Counted from the stretch's first letter, positions 1 through 9,499 are shown. The stretch is 51,385 nucleotides of DNA from Candidatus Eiseniibacteriota bacterium (GCA_043809585.1 JBDROZ010000012.1:1-51385), one strand, 5' to 3'. The notes: generated by a model not told the origin, from the letters alone. Program-made: numbers and translations.

Positions 1-2
1 GG

Positions 3-167
3 GTGGACGCCTTCCTGGTCCGGTTCGGGCAGCGGGATTTCCCGGTCACACCCGACCAGGTGACGGCCCCCCGGGACGCGCGGATTCTCCGGATCCGCCC
101 CGATCATGTGCGGTTCGAGGTGTCGGTGCCTGGGGATGAATCGTCCGGCGCGGGGGATATCCGATGA
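3..167 (+). CDS. 3' end of a CDS truncated by the window edge (weakly YbbR/CdaR-like)
   Basis: Open frame from nt 3 (VDAFLVRF...ILRIRPDHVRFEV...GDIR*) ending at TGA 165-167, which overlaps the next ATG (ATGA coupling). The family guess rests on pattern resemblance only. Confidence 0.5.
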   Translation: MDAFLVRFGQRDFPVTPDQVTAPRDARILRIRPDHVRFEVSVPGDESSGAGDIR

Positions 168-2440
168 CCCGAAAGCTCGGCGCCTTTCTCGGTGTGTACA
201 CGCCGACGGTCCTGACGATCCTCGGTGTGATCATGTACCTCCGCTTCGGGTGGCTCGCGGGGCATCTCGGCCTCGCGCGGATCCTCGTGGTCGTCGCCCT
301 CGCGAACAGCATCACCCTGATCACCACCCTCGCCTTCTCCGCGGTGGCGACGAACGTCCGGGTCGGCGTCGGCGGCGCGTACTACATCGTCTCCCGGAGC
401 CTCGGCATCGAGATCGGGGGCGCCGTCGGCCTTCCCCTCTTTCTCTCCCAGGCCCTGTCGGTGACGCTCTACTCCTTCGGTTTCGCCGAATCCCTTCGCA
501 TCGTCTGGCCCGGTGTTCCGATCCCCGTGGTCGCCGCCGCGGTCATCGTCTTCGTGGCGCTCCTCGCGGCGCCGGGGGCGCGGATCGCCCTCCGTGCCCA
601 GGTCCCCCTGCTCGGGCTGGTCGCCCTCTCGATCGCCGCCCTCGCCGCGGGGGCCCTGATGCGCGGCGGCGGAACGCTCACCCTCAAGGCGCCCCCCCTC
701 GGGGAGATCGGATTCTGGGCCGCCTTCGCGATCTTCTTCCCCGCCGTCACCGGCGTGATGGCCGGGCTCGGCCTCTCGGGCGACCTCGCGGATCCGGGCC
801 GGGCGATTCCGCGGGGATCGCTCTTCGCGGTGGGGACCGGCTTCCTCGTCTACCTGGCCATTCCGCTCATCCTTCTCGCCGGCGCCACGGCCGAGGAGCT
901 CCGGTCGGACTCGATGATCTGGACCCGGATCGCCGTTCTCGGCCCCTGGTTCGTGCTGCCCGGGCTATGGTCGGCGATCTTCTCGTCCGCCGTCGGGTCG
1001 GTCCTCTCCGCTCCGCGGACCCTCCAGGCCCTCGCCCGGGATGGGCTCGCCCCCCGCTTTCTCGGGAAGGTGACGGGGGACTGGCGGGAGATCGTGCCGG
1101 GGATGGCGGTGACCGTGGCGATCGCCCTCGGGGCGGTCTTTCTCGGCGACCTGAATGCGGTGGCGGCCCTGGTCACCATGTTCTTCCTCACCGTCTACGG
1201 CACCATCAATCTGGTGGCCGCCTTCGAAGCCCTGTCGGGGGACCCGTCATGGCGCCCGCGCCTCCGCGTCCCGTGGCCCGTCCCCCTCGCCGGGGCGATC
1301 CTCTGCGCCGCGGCCATGTTGCTCATCAGCCCCGCGGCGGGGGCCGTCGCCGTTGTCGCGGAACTTCTCCTCTGGCTCGTCCTCTCCCGGAAGGAACGGA
1401 CCGCGAGATGGGGGGACGCCCGCCGGGGCCTCTACGAGAACCTGATCCGCTGGGCCCTCGTCAATCTCGCGGATCGCCCCGTGAGCGCGAGGAACTGGCG
1501 GCCCCACGTGCTCATCTTCGCCCAGGATCCCCGGAAGGAGCTCGACCTCGTCCGCTTCGGCGATTGGTTCAGCCAGGGGCGGGGGGTCGTCACGGTTTGC
1601 CGCCTCGTCGTGGGGGAACTACTCCTTCACGTGCCCGATCGGCGGGGGATGCGCCTCGAAATGCAGGAGTTCTTCGATGCCGAGAACCTGACCGTTTTCG
1701 CCGAGGTCGACGTGGTGCCGGACGTGGTGGACGGCATGGTGAGCGTGGCCCAGGCGAACGGGATGGCGGGGATCGCGAGCAACACGGTGCTCCTCGGGTG
1801 GCCGAGCGAGACGTCCCTCCAGGTCCAGTTTCTCCAAGTCATGAGCCGGCTCGAGGCGCTGAACAAGTCGCTCGTTCTCGCCCGGATCCAACCGCACCAC
1901 CTCTACCGTCCCCGGGCATACGAGAGGACGATCCACGTCTGGTGGGGCGGCCTCCAGCGGAACGGCGACCTCATGCTTCTCCTCGCCCACCTCCTCACGC
2001 GGAATCCGGAGTGGCGGAACGCCAAAGTCCTGGTGATGAGCGTCGCCACGAGTGAAGTGATGAAGAGCCAGACCGAGATGCTCCTCGCCCGGTTGATTCC
2101 GGAGATCCGCATCCAGGCGGAGCCGCGCGTGATCCTGAAGCCGAAGGACGTGAGCGTCACCGACCTGATCCACGAGGAGAGCCGGGAGGCGGAGGTGGTG
2201 ATCCTCGGCCTCGCCACTCCCGAAGAGGGGAAGGAGGAGGAGTACGCGGTACGGCTCGAGAGGCTCGCCGGCGACCTTCCGACGGTCTTCTTCGTCCGGA
2301 ACGCGAGCCTCTTCATGGGCGGGCTGGTGGGGGAGACCGAGCAGCGTCTGCCATTCACCGACTCCCGAAACGGGAAGAACGGTGACGAGGAGGCGGAGGA
2401 GAAGGAGAAGGAGAAGGAGAAGGAGAAGGCTAGGGAATAA
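164..2440 (+). CDS. APC-superfamily transporter, SLC12 cation-chloride cotransporter-like
   Basis: About 12 TM segments; motifs ILGVIMYLRFGW, GGAYYIVSRSLG.EIGGAVG, FAIFFPAVTG.MAG; cytosolic C-domain with RNWRP and IHVWWGG typical of SLC12/CCC. Confidence 0.85.
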   Translation: MTRKLGAFLGVYTPTVLTILGVIMYLRFGWLAGHLGLARILVVVALANSITLITTLAFSAVATNVRVGVGGAYYIVSRSLGIEIGGAVGLPLFLSQALSVTLYSFGFAESLRIVWPGVPIPVVAAAVIVFVALLAAPGARIALRAQVPLLGLVALSIAALAAGALMRGGGTLTLKAPPLGEIGFWAAFAIFFPAVTGVMAGLGLSGDLADPGRAIPRGSLFAVGTGFLVYLAIPLILLAGATAEELRSDSMIWTRIAVLGPWFVLPGLWSAIFSSAVGSVLSAPRTLQALARDGLAPRFLGKVTGDWREIVPGMAVTVAIALGAVFLGDLNAVAALVTMFFLTVYGTINLVAAFEALSGDPSWRPRLRVPWPVPLAGAILCAAAMLLISPAAGAVAVVAELLLWLVLSRKERTARWGDARRGLYENLIRWALVNLADRPVSARNWRPHVLIFAQDPRKELDLVRFGDWFSQGRGVVTVCRLVVGELLLHVPDRRGMRLEMQEFFDAENLTVFAEVDVVPDVVDGMVSVAQANGMAGIASNTVLLGWPSETSLQVQFLQVMSRLEALNKSLVLARIQPHHLYRPRAYERTIHVWWGGLQRNGDLMLLLAHLLTRNPEWRNAKVLVMSVATSEVMKSQTEMLLARLIPEIRIQAEPRVILKPKDVSVTDLIHEESREAEVVILGLATPEEGKEEEYAVRLERLAGDLPTVFFVRNASLFMGGLVGETEQRLPFTDSRNGKNGDEEAEEKEKEKEKEKARE
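2399..2428 (+). repeat. (GAGAAG)5 hexamer microsatellite encoding the EKEKEKEKEK tail
   Basis: Five perfect copies read directly from the sequence. Confidence 0.9.
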
Positions 2441-4595
2441 GAGGGATCGCCATTCCCTCCGAGCCTTTCCAGACCGCGGTCTTTTCCCCCTTGTCGAGAA
2501 GGACCCGGACCGTGATCGTCCGCCGGGGCGCCTTCCATGTTCCTTCCATGATCGCCCGTCCGACGTGCACGTAATCTCCCCGCCGCTCCGCCGAGAATTT
2601 CGTGAGCCGGTACGCCCCGTACCGGTAGGCGAAGCTCTCGCCGTCGTCCTCGTACAGGAACCCCTCCGCCCGGCCGGTCCGGTCCAACCGGACGAGAAGC
2701 GTCAGCTCCTCTTCCGTCGCTTCGCCGAGATGCTCGATCACCGGGCCCGCGGGAACGATCGCGCCCCCTCGGAGGAAGAGGTCGGGGAGGTCCCGGTCCC
2801 CCGCGGCGCCGACGCCGAGATCCAGGGGGCGCCAGTCCCCTTTCGGCAGTGCCGGCGGGGCGCCGAGGCGGGAGGAGGTGCGGCACGCGACGAGAAGGTC
2901 CCGGCCGAGCAGGAACGAGTCGTCCTCCTCCCGGAGGTCCGGGTCGGCGGGATCGGCGAAGAAGAGGGGGCGCGCCACGGGAAGGCCCGTGACCGAAGCC
3001 TCCCGGAAGAGGGTGTAGAGGTAGGGCATCAAGACGTACCGCCGTTCGAGGGCCTTCCGGCAAGTCTCTTCCACTTCGGGACCGAAGGACCACGGTTCTT
3101 TGTCGATCGGGCCCTTTTCCGAGTGCCCCCGGGCGAAGGGGAGGAGGGCGCCGATGCCCATCCACCGGGCGAAGAGGCGGCCGTCGCCGCCCCCTCCGAA
3201 GCCGCCGATGTCGGGACCGCTGAAGGGTTGGCCCGAGAGGCCGAGGTTCAGCGTCATCGGGATCGACGCGTCCAGGTGATACCAGTTCGCCCAGTTGTCG
3301 CCGCTCCAGGTCGCGGCGTAGCGGTGCCCGCCGAGGTGGTTCGCCCGGGAGAGAACGAAGGGGCGTCTCTCCGGATAGGCCCGGAGGATGCCTTCCCGGG
3401 TGGCACGCACCATCTGCATGCCGTAGACGTTGTGATACCGCTCGTGCCGGTCCGGGCCGCCCAGGCCGTCGTCCGCGTCATGCACGTTGTCCGGGGGCAT
3501 GGTCTTCCCGGGCACGTCGAAGACCGCCGGCTCGTTCATGTCGTTCCAGACGCCGTCGACGCCGGCGGCGAGGAAGCCGGCGTGGAGGCCGCCCCACCAC
3601 TCCCGGACCTTCCGGTTCAGGAAGTCGGGGAAGACGCACTCGCCGGGCCACACCTTGCCGGTGTAGGTCCGGCCGTCCGCCCTCTTCACCCACACGTCCT
3701 CCGCCGTGCCCGAGTCGTAGACGAAATAGCCGCTTTCCCGTTTGATGCCGGGGTCGATCATCCAGACCGTGCGGAACCCGAGATCGTGGAGGTCTTCGTT
3801 CAGGCCGACCGGATCGGGGAAGCGGTCCGGGTGAAAGGTGAAGCAGCGGAAGCCGTCCATGTAGTCGATGTCGAGCCAGATCACGTCGCACGGGATGTGC
3901 CGCTCCCGAAAGCCCCGGGCGATCTCCCGCACCCGGGAGTCGGGGTAGTAGGAGTAGCGGCACTGGTGGTAGCCGATCGCCCACTTCGGCGGGAGGGGCA
4001 TGGTGCCGGTCAGATCGGCGAGGGCCATGACCACCTCCTGAGGGGTCGGGCGGTCGACGGCGATGACGGCGAAGGGGGGGCCTTCGGAAACGAAGAGGAT
4101 GTCGCCGGTCAGGTCGATGTGGCTCCGCCAGGTCGTATCGAAGAGGAGGCCGAAGGCGCTCCCGTCGGGGCGAACCCCGAGTACCCACGGGTGGGACTGG
4201 TAGAGGTGGGGGGTCTCGTCGCCGTATCCGTAGGCGTCGAAGTTCCAGAGCGTGGTCTTCCGTCCGTTCCGGAGGAGCGGGCCGGGGACTTCGCCGGTGC
4301 CGTAGTAGCTCGTTCCCTGCGGGAGGCGGACGCGGACGCCGTTCCGGTTCTGGATGTTCTGGAAGAGCGGCGCGATGGGGAAGTCCGCGGGCGAAGCCCC
4401 CAGGGAGGGGCGGGGGCGGACGAGGGCGATGGAGGGGACGGCGTTCGCCCGGGCCTCTTCGTCGCGATAGAACCGCACCATCCGGTCGCCGATCGACTCG
4501 GCGACGATCTGGGCAGGCGCATCCGGAGCAAAGAGCGCCAGAGCGCCGATCGCCAGAAAGGCGGGAAGAAGGGGGAACGCGAGATACCGCGGCAT
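2430..4595 (-). CDS. Secreted glycoside hydrolase family 31 (alpha-glucosidase-like)
   Basis: WLDIDYM, MIDPG, catalytic WNDMNE nucleophile, WSGDN acid/base, GPDIGGF, EPWSFG, C-terminal LYEDDGES. Start moved to MPRYLAF at 4595 (GAGGAG upstream, signal peptide follows). Its 3' end overlaps the transporter by 11 nt. Confidence 0.92.
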   Translation of the reverse strand: MPRYLAFPLLPAFLAIGALALFAPDAPAQIVAESIGDRMVRFYRDEEARANAVPSIALVRPRPSLGASPADFPIAPLFQNIQNRNGVRVRLPQGTSYYGTGEVPGPLLRNGRKTTLWNFDAYGYGDETPHLYQSHPWVLGVRPDGSAFGLLFDTTWRSHIDLTGDILFVSEGPPFAVIAVDRPTPQEVVMALADLTGTMPLPPKWAIGYHQCRYSYYPDSRVREIARGFRERHIPCDVIWLDIDYMDGFRCFTFHPDRFPDPVGLNEDLHDLGFRTVWMIDPGIKRESGYFVYDSGTAEDVWVKRADGRTYTGKVWPGECVFPDFLNRKVREWWGGLHAGFLAAGVDGVWNDMNEPAVFDVPGKTMPPDNVHDADDGLGGPDRHERYHNVYGMQMVRATREGILRAYPERRPFVLSRANHLGGHRYAATWSGDNWANWYHLDASIPMTLNLGLSGQPFSGPDIGGFGGGGDGRLFARWMGIGALLPFARGHSEKGPIDKEPWSFGPEVEETCRKALERRYVLMPYLYTLFREASVTGLPVARPLFFADPADPDLREEDDSFLLGRDLLVACRTSSRLGAPPALPKGDWRPLDLGVGAAGDRDLPDLFLRGGAIVPAGPVIEHLGEATEEELTLLVRLDRTGRAEGFLYEDDGESFAYRYGAYRLTKFSAERRGDYVHVGRAIMEGTWKAPRRTITVRVLLDKGEKTAVWKGSEGMAIPLIP

Positions 4596-4734
4596 GATCG
4601 ACTCCTCGGCCGGGCGTGAATGACCTTTCCGAGAGACTAACCTGAGCGACAAGAGAGAGTCATCTGTTTTGGGATCCTCCTCCACATCTTTCATGATCTT
4701 CCCTCTCTCGGCATGCCCATTGCACCCAACTTCC

Positions 4735-4764
4735 TTGACTCCAATGATTTATCCGTGATATAGT
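4735..4764 (+). promoter_or_regulatory. Putative sigma70 promoter for the beta-helix gene
   Basis: TTGACT-N18-TATAGT with TG upstream of the -10, in an AT-rich divergent intergenic region. Confidence 0.55.
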
Positions 4765-4846
4765 AAGTACGGTTCGTTTCGCCGGTCTCTCGATGCCCCA
4801 GCTCGGTTTTTCCTCACCTTCAGCCCGCCCGGGAAGGGGGTTCGCC

Positions 4847-6643
4847 TTGCGCTTCGCCATGCTCCTTTTCCTCAGCTTCCTGTCCGCTTCGTTTGCCCAC
4901 GGCACCACGTGGTTCGTCGCCCCCGACGGCATGGGGGATTACCCGACGATCCAATCCGCTATAGACGCCGCGTCGGCCGGCGATATCATCGAGCTCGGCA
5001 ACGGGGTCTTCCTCGGAGACGGCAACCGGGACGTCGACTTCCTCGGCAAGGCGGTCACCGTGCGGTCTCAAGGCGGAGACCCGGGGCTCTGCGCGATCGA
5101 TTGCCAGGGGAGCGCGGCGGAACCCCACCGGGGTTTCGTGTTCGAGTCGGGGGAGGGTGCCGCCTCGGTCCTCGAAGGGGTTACGATCCGGAACGGATAC
5201 GCCGACTTCCCGGCCGGCCTCTTTCAGGTGACCGACAGCGGCGGTGGAATCCAGTGCTATCAGTCGTCGCCCACGATTCGCGGTTGCGTCTTCGAAGAGA
5301 ATGAAGCCGCCAACGACGGTGGCGGTCTCGAGTGTCGCCAGGCTTCGCCCACGATCGAGGGCTGCATGTTTCGAGACAACAGCGCCGGTGATGAGGGGGG
5401 CGCCGTCGCGCTGGTCGACCACTCGACCGCGACCATGAGTGGCTGCTTGTTTTCCGGTAACACGGCCTACTCGTCCGGCGGCGGGATCGTCTTCTGGAAT
5501 TCGAACTCCCATGTTTCGGATTGTACGATTCTGGGGAATCACTCGACGGCCGGAGGGGGAGGAATCTACGTCTGGAACTCGAACTCCCATGTTTCGGATT
5601 GCATGATTCTGGGGAATCGCTCGACGGCCGGAGGGGGAGGAATCTACGTCTGGGACGGGGCGCCCGAGTTCCTCGATTGCGTGATCGACAGCAACGAAGC
5701 CGACGGGATCGGGGGCGGAATCGCCTGTGTGCAACAGTCGACCCCTCTAATCGAGGGCTGTTCCCTCGCGAACAACGTCGCCCACGGTCGTGGAGGCGGC
5801 ATCGGGTGCGACGGTTCGAGCGCGATCGTGGCCGGCTGCACGTTCCGGGGAAACCACACGGACGAGGACGGCGGAGCGTTCTCCGCGGAGGCCTGCACTC
5901 CGACGATCTCCGATTGCCTCATGGAAGGAAACGATTGCGTGGACGAAGGCGGAGCGATCGTTCTCGTGAGTAATGCGAACGCATCGATCTCCGGTTGCGA
6001 GATTCTGGAGAACGTCGCCTCGTCGAGCGGCGGCGGGATCGTCTGCTGGAATTCGGACCCGGCGATCTCGGACTGCGACATCCGGGCCAACGAATCCGTC
6101 GAAGCGGGTGGCGGGATCTACGGCTGGGAGGCGGACCCCACCCTCCAGGGATGCCTGATCCGGGACAACCGAACCGGCGGGAGCGGTGGCGGCGTCTGCA
6201 TGGACGAGAATTCCGCGTCGACCATCATCGGATGCACGTTGGCCCGGAACGGCGCCGCCGACGGGGGAGGAGTCGCCGGTATCAATTCGAACCCGGTCTT
6301 GGAAAGCACGATCATCGCCCTCGGAGTCGAGGGAGGGGCCGTCTTCGAGGGGGGGGCGGGCGTTGTCGTGCTGTCATGCTCCGACCTCTTCGGGAATGGG
6401 GGAGGGGACTGGACCGGTGGCATCGCGGACCAACTCGGCGTAAATGGAAACTTCTCGGAGAACCCGCTCTTCTGCGACATAGCCGGCGGCGACTTCACGG
6501 TCGCAACCTCCTCGCCCTGTCTTGCCGGCAACCACCCGGACGGGGCCGATTGCGGCCTGATCGGCGCCTTCGGCGAAGGCTGCGGGGACCCGACCTCCAC
6601 CCAAGAGACGAGCTGGGGGGGCGTGAAGCGCCTGTTCCGATAG
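4847..6643 (+). CDS. Secreted right-handed parallel beta-helix repeat protein with C-terminal WGxxK motif
   Basis: Signal peptide; DYPTIQSAIDAA..GD.I start; many GGGI.C...SP.I.GC.F..N repeats; ENPLFCD...SSPCL; ends TSWGGVKRLFR. TTG start at 4847 chosen for its SD (ORF track gives 4793). Confidence 0.85.
   Translation: MRFAMLLFLSFLSASFAHGTTWFVAPDGMGDYPTIQSAIDAASAGDIIELGNGVFLGDGNRDVDFLGKAVTVRSQGGDPGLCAIDCQGSAAEPHRGFVFESGEGAASVLEGVTIRNGYADFPAGLFQVTDSGGGIQCYQSSPTIRGCVFEENEAANDGGGLECRQASPTIEGCMFRDNSAGDEGGAVALVDHSTATMSGCLFSGNTAYSSGGGIVFWNSNSHVSDCTILGNHSTAGGGGIYVWNSNSHVSDCMILGNRSTAGGGGIYVWDGAPEFLDCVIDSNEADGIGGGIACVQQSTPLIEGCSLANNVAHGRGGGIGCDGSSAIVAGCTFRGNHTDEDGGAFSAEACTPTISDCLMEGNDCVDEGGAIVLVSNANASISGCEILENVASSSGGGIVCWNSDPAISDCDIRANESVEAGGGIYGWEADPTLQGCLIRDNRTGGSGGGVCMDENSASTIIGCTLARNGAADGGGVAGINSNPVLESTIIALGVEGGAVFEGGAGVVVLSCSDLFGNGGGDWTGGIADQLGVNGNFSENPLFCDIAGGDFTVATSSPCLAGNHPDGADCGLIGAFGEGCGDPTSTQETSWGGVKRLFR
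5501..5653 (+). repeat. Near-identical 78 bp tandem duplication (one 26 aa beta-helix repeat)
   Basis: tcgaactcccatgtttcggattg...ggaatctacgtctgg starts at 5501 and again at 5579 with only a few substitutions. Confidence 0.9.
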
Positions 6644-6693
6644 GGGCGATCGGGCCCGAAGACCATCGCGGGGCGACGAAGAGGAATAATCCC

Positions 6694-6720
6694 GCGGGGC
6701 GTTCATGACGAACGCCCCGT
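6694..6720 (+). terminator. GC hairpin downstream of the beta-helix gene
   Basis: gcggggcgttc-atgac-gaacgccccgt; weak U-tract. Confidence 0.4.
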
Positions 6721-6805
6721 GTTCGTAACTCCTTTGAGCCGCTGCGGTTTCCCCTGCGTCTTCGCGTACGGCCCTCTCCGGCTCCCGCCCTCCCCTCTTC
6801 GTTTA

Positions 6806-6982
6806 GAATCGGTTTCACAACCTCCTTCGTCGCGAGATCGAGCGAGAGGTTCGGCGGCAAGGATCAAGGGGGAAAACGCCCGGAGGTGGCCTAAGAAGGC
6901 CATTGAGGACGTTTTTACCCGAGTACGCAGCCGCCGGGCCTTGCAGCCGATCGCAGTAGAATGGAGGTTGTGAAACCGGTTC
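6806..6982 (+). mobile_element. 177 bp TA-flanked structured MITE-like element, copy E1
   Basis: TA|GAATCGGTTTCACAACCTCC...GGAGGTTGTGAAACCGGTTC|TA: 20 bp TIR with 1 mismatch, nested internal stems, alignable end to end with 46647-46823 (minus strand). Confidence 0.85.
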
Positions 6983-7073
6983 TAAGCAAACGGCCCCTTC
7001 CGGTATACTCGAAGGCCGGATGGGGTGAGGACCGGCGGGAGTCCGCCGGCTTTCTGCTGCGAAGGAGAAACGC

Positions 7074-9444
7074 ATGGCTTTTCGAACTCGGACCGAGGCG
7101 CGGCCGATACATCGATATCGCCCGAGAGATGAAGACCGGCGGAGAGCCCCTCTCCGCGGAGGACGTGGGGCATTTCGAGACGTTCGACCAGATCTACCGG
7201 TCCCTTTGCGCCCTGCTCTTCAACTACGTGCCCATGTCGGGCCACCCGGGCGGATCGATCTCTTCGGGCCGCTTCGTCCAATCCCTCCTCTTCCAGACCA
7301 TGGAGTACGACCTCTCCGATCCCGACCGGGCGGAAGCGGACCTCATCTCTTACGCCGCGGGCCACAAAGCCCTCGGCCTCTACGCCCTGTGGGCGCTCCG
7401 GAACGAAGTGGCCCGGATCGGCGCGCCGGAACTCCTGCCGAAAGACGAGCGGCAGCAGCTCCGGCTCGAAGACCTTCTCGGCTTTCGGCGGAACCCGGTG
7501 AGCGACACGCCCCTCTTCAAGAGGTATTCCGCCAAGCCCCTCGACGGGCACCCGACGCCGGGGACCCCCTTCGTGAAGCTCTCCACCGGCGCCTCCGGCG
7601 TCGGCGTGGCGAGCTCCCTCGGACTCGCCTGGGGGGCCCGGGACTACTGGGGGCCGAAATCGCCCCGGGTTCACGTCGTCGAAGGGGAGGGGGGCATGAC
7701 GCCGGGCCGGGTGGCGGAAGCGGTCGCCGCGGCGGGGACGGCGTGCCTGGACAACGCCGTCATCCACGTCGACTGGAACCAGGCGTCGATCGACTCGAAC
7801 CACGTCTGCCGCGACGGCGACGTCCCGGGCGATTACGTGCAGTGGGACCCGATGGAGTTCTTCATGCTCCATGACTGGAACGTGATCCGCGTGCGTGACG
7901 GCACCGATTACCGGCAGATCGCCGCCGCCCAGGCGAAGGCGGTCGACATGGACAACGGCCAGCCCACGGCGGTCATCTACCGTACGACGAAGGGTTGGAA
8001 GTACGGCATCGAAGGCCGCGCCTCCCACGGCGCCGGCCACAAGCTCTGCTCCGACGGTTTCTACAATGCCCTCGCCAAGATCGAGACCATGGTGGAGGGG
8101 TTCACCCTTCCGAAGTGCTGCGACGGCGAGCAGCGCTGCCAGGGTCCGGGTGGCGGGGTGGTCATCGAGGAGTGCTTCTGGGAGGCCCTCGTGCAGATGC
8201 GCCGCTCCCTCGAGCAGCACCGGCCCATGGTGGACGCGCTCGCCGGGCGCCTCGTCGAGTCGTGCGAGCGCCTCGGGAAGCGAAACCTGCAGCCACGAAC
8301 GGGCGCGCCGAACGTGGAAAAGGTCTACAAGCTCGCCGCCGATTCGATCGATGCGCCGCCTGCGGACCTCGCCCTGAAACCGGGGACGTCGACCACCCTC
8401 CGGGCGGCGCTCGGCGACGCCCTCGGCCACTTCAACGAGAAGAGCGGCGGCGCCATCTTCGCGGCGTCGGCGGACCTTCTCGGCTCGACGAGCATCAACG
8501 CCGCGAACGACGGCTTCCCCGAAGGGTTCTACAACGCTAAGGGGAACCCGGAGGCGCGACTCCTCTCGATCGCCGGCATCTGCGAGGACGCCATGGCGGG
8601 CATCATGAGCGGCCTCGCCTCCTACGGGCGGCACATCGGCGCCGGTTCGTCGTACGGGGCCTTCATCGCGCCCCTCGCCCATATCCCGGCCCGGCTTCAC
8701 GCCATCGGCAACATGGCGCGCCGGGAACTCTCGAAAGAGCCGTTCAAGACGATGATCGTGGTCTGCGCCCACGCGGGATTGAAGACGGGCGAGGACGGAC
8801 CTACCCACGCCGACCCGCAGCCGCTCCAGCTCCTTCAAGAGAACTTCCCGAAGGGGACGATGATCACCCTGACGCCGTGGGACCCGGCGGAGGTGTGGCC
8901 CCTCACGGCGGCGGCCCTCGCGAAGCGCCCCGCCGTGCTCGCCCCCTTCGTGACGCGGCCGAACGAGACGGTGCCGGACCGGAAGGCCCTCGGCCTCGCG
9001 CCGGCGTCGGACGCGGTGAAGGGGGTCTACCTCCTTCGCGAGGCGAAGGGGAAGGGGGACGGCACGGTGGTGCTCCAGGGGAGCGGCGTGACGAACGCCT
9101 TCGTCTCGGACACGCTTCCCCTCCTCCGCAAAGAGGGCATCGACCTGAACATCTACTACGTGGCGAGCGCCGAGCTCTTCGACCTCCTGCCGGACGAGGA
9201 GCGGGCCGAGATCTTCCCCGAGGAGCGGGCCCGGGAGGCGATGGGCATCACCGGCTTCACCCTCGCCACGCTCTACCGATGGATCACCTCCGAGCGGGGT
9301 CGGAGACACAGCCTCCACCCATTCATGAAGGGGCGCTTCCTCGGGTCCGGCCAGGCCGACATGGTCCTGAAAGAGGCGGGCCTCGACGGCGCCGCCCAGT
9401 TCGAGGCGATCAAGAAGTACGTCGGCCAGACCGTCGGCGCGTAA
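7074..9444 (+). CDS. Divergent single-chain transketolase (start uncertain, apparent +1 frameshift after codon 3)
   Basis: GHPGGS, AGHK, DGHP, STGASGVG, ThDP motif EGEGG...DWN, SADL, GICE, GEDGPTH. The best SD+ATG (AAGGAG, 7074) is out of frame with the body; in-frame alternatives are 6961 (inside E1) and 7129. Confidence 0.8.
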
Positions 9445-9469
9445 GCGCCGAATCGACCGTCGGATAGAT

Positions 9470-9499
9470 AACGCCCGGGCCCCGTGGGGTCCGGGCGTT
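9470..9499 (+). terminator. Hairpin after transketolase
   Basis: aacgcccgggccc-cgtg-gggtccgggcgtt; short U run. Confidence 0.5.

Noticed and set aside
106-2055. Long Arg/Pro/Gly-rich alternative-frame ORFs (also 23841-25997, 26502-28529)
   Set aside because: Composition typical of off-frame translation of GC-rich coding DNA.
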